A stretch of DNA of 64,000 bases from Azolla caroliniana (taxonomy: Eukaryota > Plantae > Polypodiophyta). Below are positions 10,692 through 20,602 of the stretch, piece after piece (positions within the stretch are counted from its first letter, which is position 1; the number at the start of each line of letters is the position of its first letter). Made by a program: the position numbers and the translations under genes. The stretch is taken from NCBI GenBank assembly GCA_043228905.1, contig JBHGNT010000018.1:5456001-5520000 (forward strand), in the 5' to 3' direction. Under the pieces are notes generated by a model. The model did not search any database. It was not told the origin of the DNA and was given only the letters and a program-made list of their open reading frames with translations.

Positions 10692-13600
10692 ATGGAAGGC
10701 GGCGGCAGCGGGCAGCCGGGGATGATGGTGCTGAATGCACAGAATTACGCCGACTGGAAGATCAAGATGGAGGATCTTCTGATTGTTCGGGACCTGTACG
10801 AACCGATTGACAGGTCGGAAATACCGAAGGGGGTACTTGAGTCGGAGTGGAAGCTCCTGAACCGGAAAGCCGTAGCGACGATCCGACAATATGTCGATGT
10901 AAGCGTCCTACAACATGTGGCGAACGACACCAACGCATATGAGATGTGGAAGAAGCTGTCGGGCCTCTACGAGAGGAAGAATGCGTTGAACCGGACCTCC
11001 CTGATGAGGAAGATAGTGAACCTCAAGTACCGGGACGGCGAGAGTATGGTGGAACACGCAAGCACGTTCATGGGATTCGTGAACCAGCTTGCGGCGATCA
11101 AGTTCCCGTTGGAGGATGCAATGCAAGCCATCATCCTGATGTGTACATTGCCAGAAAGCTGGGAGAACTTGGTGGTGACTCTCAGCACCTCCTGCACCGA
11201 AGATAACTTGTCCTTACAAACGGTAAAGACAAGTATTTTGAATGAAGAAGCGCGTCGGAGAGATAAAGAACCGGCCTCCGACCCGAAGATGTTGTTTACC
11301 GAATCGGATCGGGGAAGACAATGGAACCGGAGTCCTCAAAGACGGGAGAAGTCGGGGACCCGGTCGCAGTCAAGAGGAAGGCCCACATGCTTCCACTGTG
11401 GGAAGCCGGGGCACTTCCGAAAGAATTGTCGGCATTACCGAAAAGACAATGGAACCGACAACACCGATTCGAAGAAGTCACCGGAGCGAAACGGTGCATA
11501 CTGGGGAGCCACGGACCGGAATGGTTCGGATCGGCGAGGACAGGACCGGAAAGGAACGACGGCACTCGCGGCAAGTGAAGAGGAGATCATGCTCATCACC
11601 GAAGAAGGTGAACTAAACATTGCCGGCGATGAGACGACCTGGGTGGTCGATTCCGGAGCATCGTTCCACCTGACCCCGGAGAGAAGATACTTCTCATCCT
11701 ACACAGCCGGCGAGCATGGCTGTGTTCGGATGGGAAACGAAGGTACGTGCCGGATTGCCGGCATAGGAGACGTGTGGTTGACAACCCCGACCGGATGCAA
11801 AATGCTGCTGAAGAATGTCCGACACGTTCCGGAGGTCCGACTGAACCTGATTTCGGCCGGGAGGCTAGATGATGAAGGCTACACGGGTAGCATCCGGAAC
11901 GGTGTCATGAAGTTCAGCAAGGGGAGCTTGATAGTGGCTCGGGCCCGGAAGGTCAACACACTGTACCTGATGAATGCCCGGTTATGTCCGGAAGAGCTGA
12001 ATGTGGCAGCCGACACTGCCGGTGAGCTGTGGCACAAAAGACTGTGCCACATGAGTGAGAAGGGGATGAAGAGGCTTGCAGAAGACAACCTTATTCCGGT
12101 GAAGCATGTGCACCTGGAGAAGTGCACCGACTGCCTGGCCGGTAAGCAGAACCGAACCTCCTTCCACTCAAGGCCACCGACGAGACGTAGCGCACCATTG
12201 GAGTTGGTGCACACCGACGTGTGTCAGGTAGAAACGAAGTCACATGGCGGAGCCCAGTACTTCGTAACTTTCATAGATGATCACAGCCGAAGACTGTGGA
12301 CGGCACCGTTAAAGACAAAGGACCAAGTGTTGTGCGTCTTCAAAGAACTCCACGCGAGAGTGGAAAGGGAATCCGGCAAGAAGCTGAAAGCGATACGAGC
12401 GGATAACGGAGGGGAATACCGGGGGCAGTTCCAGGAGTACTGTCGCTCGAAGGGAATCCGACTCGAGTTTACTGTGCCGAAGACGCCGGAACTGAACGGG
12501 CTGGCCGAGAGGATGAACCGGACCATAATGGAGAGGGTTCGGAGTATGCTGGCGCATGCGAAATTACCCAAGGGGTTTTGGGCTGAGGCAATGTCGACGG
12601 CGACATATGTGATAAACCGATCACCCTCAGTACCTTTGGACGGAGACACGCCGCAGAAAGTGTGGACCGGTAAGGAAGTGTCCTACCGGCATCTGAAGGT
12701 GTTCGGGTGTCTCGCATACGTGCATGTGGCAAAGGACCGGAGAGGAAAGCTAGATCCGAAGACCCGGCCATGCATATTCCTCGGTTACGGCGACGACGAG
12801 TTCGGCTACCGAGTATGGGACCCGGTCGACAAGAAGATATTCAGGAGTCGAGATATCGTCTTTATGGAGGACAAGACACTCGCCGACTGGGAGTCGGAGA
12901 AGAAGATGAAGAGCTCCAAGTCGACCGGTGAGGATCAACTCTACGAGGAGCAGTCCCGACCGGCAAGGGACCGGTTAGCACTTGAGGACCCGGCCGAAGA
13001 CGGTGAAGAAACAGAACCGGCCGAAGAAGATGAAAATGATACCGGAACCGGTCCCGATCCCGAAATGGATTCGGATGAAGAAGAAGAATCGGAAGAACCG
13101 GTTACCGAAGCTCCGAAACGGAGATACCCTCAAAGAGAGAGAAGGGCCCCCCGGAGATTTCCGGAACCAGAGCACGTGTTGCTAACCGACGAGGGGGAGC
13201 CGGAGAGCTTTGAGGAAGCGAAACATGACACCCAGAGCCGCAGGTGGTTGAGTGCCATGCAGGACGAGATGGATTCCCTGCATGAGAACCACACATATGA
13301 ACTTGTGGAGTTGCCGAAAGGAAAGCGGGCACTTCGAAACAAGTGGGTGTTCAAGCTGAAACCGGGAGATGCCGGAAAACCCCCGAGATACAAAGCCAGG
13401 ATCGTGGTGAAGGGGTTTCAGCAGAAGAAGGGCGTCGACTTCGACGAGATATTTGCCCCGGTAGTGAAGATGACCTCCATCCGGACGGTGCTGAGCATAG
13501 CGGCAAGCATGGACCTCGAGGTAGAACAGATGGACGTGAAGACGGCGTTCCTTCACGGTGACCTCGATGAAGAGATCTACATGCAGCAACCGGAAGGATT

Positions 13601-14768
13601 CGAGAAGAAAGGGAAGGAGCACTTGGTATGCCGGTTGAAGAAGAGCCTTTACGGACTGAAGCAGGCTCCCCGGCAATGGTACCGGAAGTTCGACTCCTTC
13701 ATGACCGACGAAGGGTACCTCAAAACGCAGTCCGACCACTGCGTGTTTGTGAAGAAATTCGAAGGAGGAGACTTTCTAATACTCCTCCTGTACGTGGACG
13801 ACATGTTGATCGTCGGACGAGACCAGGTCAAGATACGGATACTGAAGAAGGCTCTTCACCGAACCTTCTCAATGAAGGACCTGGGTCCGGCGAGGCAAAT
13901 ACTAGGGATGCACATCATCCGGGACCGGAAGAAGAAGCAGTTGTGGCTGTCACAGGAGAAGTACGTGACGAAGGTGCTTCACCGGTTCAACATGTCGGAA
14001 GCAAGACCGGTCGGATCGACCCTCCCGACAAACTGCAAGCTGTCCAGCAAGCAAAGTCCCAAGACAAAGGCTGAAAAGGAGGATATGATGAAAGTACCGT
14101 ATGCCTCAGCCGTCGGGAGCTTGATGTACGCCATGGTGTGTACGAGACCGGACATTGGATATGCAGTCGGAGTGGTGAGCCGGTACATGAGCAATCCCGG
14201 CAAAGAGCATTGGAACGCGGCCAAGTGGATACTCCGATACCTGAAGGGCACAACGAATGTGTGCCTCCGATTCGGCTCCGGTAAACCCGAACTCGATGGT
14301 TTCACCGATTCGGATATGTCGGCTGATGCAGATACCAGCCGGTCCACATCAGGGTATGTGATGACGTATGCAGGGGGAGCTGTTTCATGGCAATCGAGGC
14401 TGCAGAAGACGGTTGCGCTGTCAACCACGGAGGCGGAGTACATGGCGGCTGTTGAAGCCGGCAAGGAAATAATATGGATGAAGGACTTCATTAGAGAGCT
14501 CGGTATCCGGCAGGAGGAGTACCGACTCTACTGCGACAGTCAGAGTGCAATCCACCTTGCAAAGAACGCGGCCTATCACTCCCGGACGAAGCACATCCAG
14601 CGAAGATATCACTGGATCCGGGAAAGGATAGAAGACAAGGAGTTCGTGCTGACGAAGATCCACACGGACGAGAACGGGTCGGATATGCTGACCAAGGTGC
14701 TCACACCCGACAAGCTGGAAGCATGCCGGAAGAGGATCGGATTGGAGAGACATCCCATGCCGAAGTGA
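10692..14768 (+). CDS. Copia A gag-pol polyprotein (gag, CCHC knuckle, protease, integrase, RT, RNase H), intact
   Basis: CFHCGKPGHFRKNC, WVVDSGAS, HKRLCH..C..C, FIDDHSR, DNGGE, AERMNR, YVDDML, GFTDSD, STTEAEY, DMLTK; ATG at 10692. Confidence 0.96.
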   Translation: MEGGGSGQPGMMVLNAQNYADWKIKMEDLLIVRDLYEPIDRSEIPKGVLESEWKLLNRKAVATIRQYVDVSVLQHVANDTNAYEMWKKLSGLYERKNALNRTSLMRKIVNLKYRDGESMVEHASTFMGFVNQLAAIKFPLEDAMQAIILMCTLPESWENLVVTLSTSCTEDNLSLQTVKTSILNEEARRRDKEPASDPKMLFTESDRGRQWNRSPQRREKSGTRSQSRGRPTCFHCGKPGHFRKNCRHYRKDNGTDNTDSKKSPERNGAYWGATDRNGSDRRGQDRKGTTALAASEEEIMLITEEGELNIAGDETTWVVDSGASFHLTPERRYFSSYTAGEHGCVRMGNEGTCRIAGIGDVWLTTPTGCKMLLKNVRHVPEVRLNLISAGRLDDEGYTGSIRNGVMKFSKGSLIVARARKVNTLYLMNARLCPEELNVAADTAGELWHKRLCHMSEKGMKRLAEDNLIPVKHVHLEKCTDCLAGKQNRTSFHSRPPTRRSAPLELVHTDVCQVETKSHGGAQYFVTFIDDHSRRLWTAPLKTKDQVLCVFKELHARVERESGKKLKAIRADNGGEYRGQFQEYCRSKGIRLEFTVPKTPELNGLAERMNRTIMERVRSMLAHAKLPKGFWAEAMSTATYVINRSPSVPLDGDTPQKVWTGKEVSYRHLKVFGCLAYVHVAKDRRGKLDPKTRPCIFLGYGDDEFGYRVWDPVDKKIFRSRDIVFMEDKTLADWESEKKMKSSKSTGEDQLYEEQSRPARDRLALEDPAEDGEETEPAEEDENDTGTGPDPEMDSDEEEESEEPVTEAPKRRYPQRERRAPRRFPEPEHVLLTDEGEPESFEEAKHDTQSRRWLSAMQDEMDSLHENHTYELVELPKGKRALRNKWVFKLKPGDAGKPPRYKARIVVKGFQQKKGVDFDEIFAPVVKMTSIRTVLSIAASMDLEVEQMDVKTAFLHGDLDEEIYMQQPEGFEKKGKEHLVCRLKKSLYGLKQAPRQWYRKFDSFMTDEGYLKTQSDHCVFVKKFEGGDFLILLLYVDDMLIVGRDQVKIRILKKALHRTFSMKDLGPARQILGMHIIRDRKKKQLWLSQEKYVTKVLHRFNMSEARPVGSTLPTNCKLSSKQSPKTKAEKEDMMKVPYASAVGSLMYAMVCTRPDIGYAVGVVSRYMSNPGKEHWNAAKWILRYLKGTTNVCLRFGSGKPELDGFTDSDMSADADTSRSTSGYVMTYAGGAVSWQSRLQKTVALSTTEAEYMAAVEAGKEIIWMKDFIRELGIRQEEYRLYCDSQSAIHLAKNAAYHSRTKHIQRRYHWIRERIEDKEFVLTKIHTDENGSDMLTKVLTPDKLEACRKRIGLERHPMPK

Positions 14769-14778
14769 AGGGGGAGTT

Positions 14779-15387
14779 TGTTGGGATTTCGGTTCCTTTC
14801 GGATGGGATGGTCGGATATCGGAGATGAATGCCGACAAGCCCGGTTTCGGTTTCGGATCCGGATGACGAAGACCCCGGTTTCGGTACCGGATGACGAATG
14901 TACCCGGAGAGCGATCCGGATGCAGGGACATATCCGTGAATATGTTCGCCATAGGCCCCTGAGGCCACAGTTGTAAATAGCCCCAAAGTCATATGTGTAT
15001 AAATATGACTTAGGGCAAACAGTTTTGTTGTTGCTTCTCATTTTTCTGTTTTTCCACTTTAGAGGAGTGAAGAGAGAGCAGCCGTGAGTGTGAGAGAGAG
15101 AGATAGAGCGTGAGAGAGGAAGAGGTCGACGCCTCTGTGTAATACCGCCGCCTGTGGTGAAGAAAGCGAGCTCAAGGTCGTTGCCTTGCAGCTCGCCATT
15201 GTATATTTCTCTGTGCATAGTTTGGTTTGGAGTCTCGCACTCCCGTGGTTTTTCCCGTATAGGGTTTTCCACGTTAATCCCTGTGTATCGTGTCTTTCTC
15301 AGTATTTCCTATTTTCTGCTCCATTGATTCGCGATTCCTCGGTTGTGGCCGAGTGAAGAAGGTGAATAGAAGGGTCTATTCCTTACA
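14779..15387 (+). repeat. Copia A 3' LTR
   Basis: Follows PPT; followed by TSD CTCCG. Confidence 0.96.
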
Positions 15388-15392
15388 CTCCG

Positions 15393-16996
15393 GAGAAAAA
15401 TCGGCGTTTAGGCCGTCAGAGATCTTGGTGGTTGGACACCTATGCGGGCCTTACGGTAGGAAACCGTCTCTGGCAAATGTAGAAGCCATCTCCGTGATGA
15501 AGGACGATTGCGGGCCGGTTACGGAGGTCCGCATATTCTTGGGGGCGTGCGCGTTCTACCACATCTGGATTCCACACTACGCGCATGTTGCGGAGCCACT
15601 CTACGGGCTATTGAAGAAAGGGCGTAGGTTCGAGTGGAGAACGGAGCACACGGAGTCAGTCCGGAGACTAAAGGAGGCGCTTACGATAGCACCAGCTCTC
15701 CGTAAAGCATCTTACGGCAAGGGCGTCCCCATCTACGTGACGGTGGACACGAGCCCGACCGGGATCGGGTGGGTGATCAATCAAGAGGATGACGTTGGCA
15801 CGAGGTTCCCCATCCGGTTTGGCGCGAAGGTCCTCAGTGAATGACAGCGAGGATATGCCTAGGTTAAACGCGAACTCTAGGGTATCGTTTCGGCGGTGAA
15901 GGCCAATAAAGAGTACATGATCGGGACATAGGTAATAATCGAGACAGACTGCCTGCCGATTCTTGGCATGGTTTCCGGATGCGCGACGCTGGACCTAGCA
16001 ATGCTCAGATGGATAGCGTACATCATGTCCCTGAATCCGGAAATACGACATGTTTCCAGAAAGGACAATGCCATGGCCAACATGCTCTCAAGGGCGAGAT
16101 TCGAAGACGAGGACGGCATGGTTTCGGAGGACGAGGAAGTCGGCGTAGATTTCTTCGAGACGGCATACGTGACGAACAAAAAGGGGAGCACTACGACGCT
16201 TAACAAATTCGACAAGAGCAAGTATGACGAGGAGTGGCTCCAAATCGGTGGGCTCCTGAAAACAATGACACCGGACGCGGCGTGGACAAAGGAAGAGACC
16301 AACCGGATCTGGAAGAAAGCGTACCGATTCTTCCTTCGGGAGGGGTACATATGGAAGCACCCGAAGAAGAGGGACGGCATCCCGCTTCGAGTGGTGGCGA
16401 AGAAGGAGGAACAGGAGGAGTTGATGGAGGCCTACCACGAGAGTCCATGGGCCGGACACCGTGGAACGTGGGCCACGTTCGAGAAGCTGAAGGGGAAGTA
16501 CTGGTGGCCAGGACTGTACCGGGACGTGCATCGGTTCGTGACGACTTATGCACTCCATAGTCCGACACTGGGACGATCTTCACCCGACCGACCCTCCGAC
16601 CGTCCAATTCAAATGGATGGTGGATTTGGTGACGATGCCGATGGGGGTAGGACAGATGCGTTACCTAGTGCTTGCGCGGGAAGACTTAACGAACCAGGTG
16701 GAAGGCCATGCACTACAGAACAAGACAACCGCGGCGGTATGCCGGTTCCTGATCGAAGAAGTAGTGTGTCGGTACGGGTGCTTTGGGAGGATCGTGGCGG
16801 ACCGGGGAGAGCTGGATGCGCGGGAAGCTGAGAAGCTAGTCGACCGACTAGAGGTCAAACTCTCCCTCACTATGGCGTACAATCCGGAGGCGAACAAGAA
16901 AGTAGAGCGTGGGCACGGGCCAATCGTAAAGGCGTTGGTGCGTGCATGCGGAGGGCAAGTCAGGAATTGGCCGCGGCTCCTTCCTTACGCATTATG
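15393..16996 (+). pseudogene. Gypsy pol segment 2 (RT end, RNase H, integrase zinc finger and core)
   Basis: SGEKSAF, VTVDTSPTGIGW, IETDCLP, HESPWAGHRG, VADRGELD, AYNPEAN.KVERGH; several stops. Confidence 0.9.
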
Positions 16997-17393
16997 TGTT
17001 GGGAGACAGGTCCCTCCGGATGGGAAGGGAGAAGAACAATGCCGACGAACAAACTCAGCCGAGGCCGAAACGGTATGAGGAGTACCCGGCTACGGAGAGC
17101 CGGATGATACAGGCCCGGTGTGAACCGGATGAGGAGTACCCGGCTACGGAGAGCCGGATGGTGCAGGCCCGGTGTGAATCGGATGAGGAGTACCCGGCTA
17201 CGGAGAGCCGGATGGTGCAGAACCGGTGAGAACCGGAGGAAGAGACATATTCGTAAATATGTTTCTGAGAGCCCATCAAGGCTATATTTTTAAATAGCCG
17301 AAAAGTCATATTAGTATAAATATGACTTAGGGCAAACTTTTAGTTGTTGTTGTCATTTTCTGTTTTGCACGAGATCAGTGTGCGTAACTGTAC

Positions 17394-17425
<32 letters not shown>

Positions 17426-17698
17426 GTTGTTGCCTCTGTTGTAACCGCCGCCTGTGGCGAAGATTTATGAGCACTAGGTCGGTGCCTCAGTGAACTCACT
17501 GTTGTATATTCCTACATAGTGACAGTTTGCAGCCTGTGGGCTGCCGTGGTTTTTCCCCTAGTTTGGGGTTTTCCACGTAAACCTCCTGTGTATTCTCTCC
17601 TTCTTTGTGTCTCGTTTTATTTCCCGTGTTTTTTTGTGTATCATTCTAAGCTCGGTTGTGGCCGAGCGTTGCGCATAAGGAACGTTGGGTTCCCGTCA
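16997..17698 (+). repeat. Copia B 5' LTR (702 bp, three 54-bp U3 units)
   Basis: TGTTGGGAGAC...CCCGTCA. Confidence 0.94.
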
Positions 17699-19910
17699 AG
17701 TGGTATCAGAGCGAAACAACACAGAAATATGGACGAATCGTTTGGTGGCATGTTCAAGCTCACCGGCTCCAACTATTCTGTATGGAAGTCGAAGATGAGG
17801 GACATGCTCGTGGTTAAAGACCTCTGGCTGCCAGTTCAGTTCGGGGACAAGAGACCGGACAAAATCGACGTCGCGATATGGGAGGTGATGCACATGAAGA
17901 CAACGGCGTACATACGGTGCTTCATCGACATGAGCCTGTACAACAACTACAATGAAGAGAGCAAGGCTCATGAGCTCTGGGAGAAGATCGGCATAATGTT
18001 TCAGAACAAAAATGTTGTTAATCAGGTGTCGGTATTCTGGAAGCTAGTAAGACTCCGGTACCAAGACGGCTCCAGCATGGCGGAGCACATGAATGCCTTC
18101 CAGGGGCTGATACACCAGGCAACTTCATTGGAAGTACCTCTCGCGGATGAGGTACTTGCACTACCCCTGCTCGGTTCCCTCCCAGGTAGCTGGGAGACGT
18201 TGGTTGTCACTTTGGGCAACGCCGGGCCGGAAGGAAAACGGTAATCCCTAGCAAGAGTAAAGTCGAGCTTGCTAGATGAGGAGGCGCGTCAGAAAGACAA
18301 AGATACGAGCTCCGACTCCAAAGCGCTTCTTACCGAATCGGAACGTGGAAGACATAGAAACCGTAGTCCCCAGAACCGGGAGAAGTCGGGGACACGGTCA
18401 AAGTCAAGGGGGAGGCCTACTTGCTTCTATTGCGGCAAGCCGGGACACTTCCAAAAGAACTGTCGGCATTTCTGTAAAGACAAGGAAACCGACGGTACCG
18501 ATTCGAAGCAAACCCCGGACCGGAACGGTAAAGACCGGAAGGGGCCGGACCGGAAGGGAACGACGGCAACCGCGGCAAGCGAAGAAGAGTTGATGCTCAT
18601 CACCGAGGAGAGTGAAATAAACCTTTCCGTCGACGAGATGACCTGGGTGGTAGACTCTGGAGCGTCGTTCCACCTTACCCCGGACCGGAAATGCTTCTCA
18701 TCCTATTCAGCCGGTGATCACGGCTGTGTCCGGATGGGGAATGAAGGAACATGCCGAATTGTCGGCATAGGAGACGTGTGGCTCACAACACCAACCGGAT
18801 GCAAGTTGCTGCTGAAGGATGTCCGACATGTTCCGGAAGTTCGTCTGAACCTGATATCCGTCGGTCGGCTAGATAATGAAGGCTACACGGGTAGCATCCG
18901 GAACGGTGTCATGAAGTTCAGCAAAGGGAGCCTGATTGTGGCTCAGGCCCGGAAGGTGAGCACACTGTACCTGATGAATGCCTGGTTATGTCCGGAAGAA
19001 GTGAACATGGCATCCGACACTGCCGGTGAGCTATGGCACAAGAGGCTGTGTCACATGAGCGAGAAGGGGATGAAGAGGCTTGCAGAAGACAACCTCATTC
19101 CAGTGAAGAACGTGCACTTAGAGAAGTGCACTGATTGTCTGGCCGGTAAGCAGCACCGGACCTCCTTCCGACCAAGACCACCGATGAGACGTAATGCACC
19201 ACTGGAGTTGGTGCATACGGATGTGTGTCAGGTAGACATGAAGTCACATGCCGGAGCGCAGTATTTCGTGATATTCATAGATGACCACAGCCCGAAGCTG
19301 TGGGCTACACCGCTGAAGACGAAGGATCAGGTGCTATCCGTCTTCAAAGAGCTCCACGCGAGAGTGGAAAGAGAAACCGGCTGGGAGCTGAAGGCAGTTC
19401 GAGCAGACAACAGAGGAGAATACCGGGGGCAGTTCGAGGAGTACTGTCGCTCGAAGGGAATCCGGATCGAATTTACCATGCCGAAGACGCCGGAACTAAA
19501 CGGACTGGCCGAGAGGATGAACCGGACCATAATGGAGAGGGTCCGGAGTATGCTAGCGCATGCAAAACTACCCAAGAAGTTTTGGGCTGAGGCATTGTCG
19601 ACGGTGACATACGTGATAAACAGATCACCCTCAGTACCCTTGGACGGAGTCACGCCACAGAGAGTATGGACTGGTATGGAAGTGTCCTACCGGCATCTGA
19701 AGGTGTTCGGGTGTCTCGCGTACGTGCATGTAGCCAAGGACCGGAGAGGAAAGCTAGATCCAAAGACCCGGCCATGCATATTCCTCGGTTACGGTGACGA
19801 TGAGTTCGGCTACCGAGTGTGGGACCCGGTCGACAAGAAGGTATTCCGGAGTCGAGATATTATCTTCATGGAGGACAAGACGCTCGCGGACTGGGAGTCG
19901 GAGAAGAAGA

Positions 19911-20179
19911 TGTTAGGACATCAACGGTTTCCAAACCGTCACCTCTCGGCCACAACCGAGGAAACACGAGTCAATGCAGAAGTATATCGAAAACACAGAG
20001 AGAGACTTGAATGCACAGGGTTTAACGTGGAAAACCCTAGACGGGAAAAACCACGGGAGTGCAAGACTCCAACTATCACTATAAACAGAGATGTACACTG
20101 GTGAAGCTACAAGGCGACAACCTTGAGCTCACTGTCTTCGCCACAGGCGGCGGTAATACACAGAGGCAACGACCTCCTC

Positions 20180-20212
<33 letters not shown>

Positions 20213-20592
20213 CTGCTCTCACTTCGCTCCCCCTAAGTGGAAAAACAGAAAAATAAGCAACAACATAAAACTGTTTGCCCTAAGTCATATTTATACAACA
20301 TATGACTTTCGGGCTATTTACAAATATAGCCTCTTGGGCCCTTGGCAAACATATTCACAAATATGTCCCCGCATCCGGATCTCTCTCCGGGTACATTCGT
20401 CATCCGGCTCCGTAGCCGGGGTCTTCATCATCCGGATCCGGAACCGGGTCTTCATCATCCGGCTCCGTAGCCAGGGTCTTCATCATTCAGATCCGGAAAC
20501 CGGGTCTTCATCATCCGGATCCGGAAACCGGGTCTTCATCATCCGGATCCGGAAATCCGACCATCCCATCCGGAGGGACCGTAATCCCAACA
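19911..20592 (-). repeat. Copia C 3' LTR (682 bp)
   Basis: Repeat of 24704-25365 with one additional 28-bp unit. Confidence 0.94.
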
Positions 20593-20602
20593 AACTCCCC
20601 CT

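Larger units (their letters stand above)
10054..15387 (+). mobile_element. Copia A: intact, very young Ty1/Copia (Tork/Tnt1-like)
   Basis: 609-bp LTRs 10054-10662 and 14779-15387 (one visible mismatch), TSD CTCCG, PBS-Met TGGTATCAGAGC 10666-10677, PPT gaagggggag, single open gag-pol ORF. Confidence 0.97.

Noticed and set aside
9813-15844. ORFs of 184-283 aa crossing the Copia A LTRs and many antisense ORFs in pol
   Set aside because: Shadow frames of GC-rich retroelement sequence, duplicated only because the LTRs are duplicated
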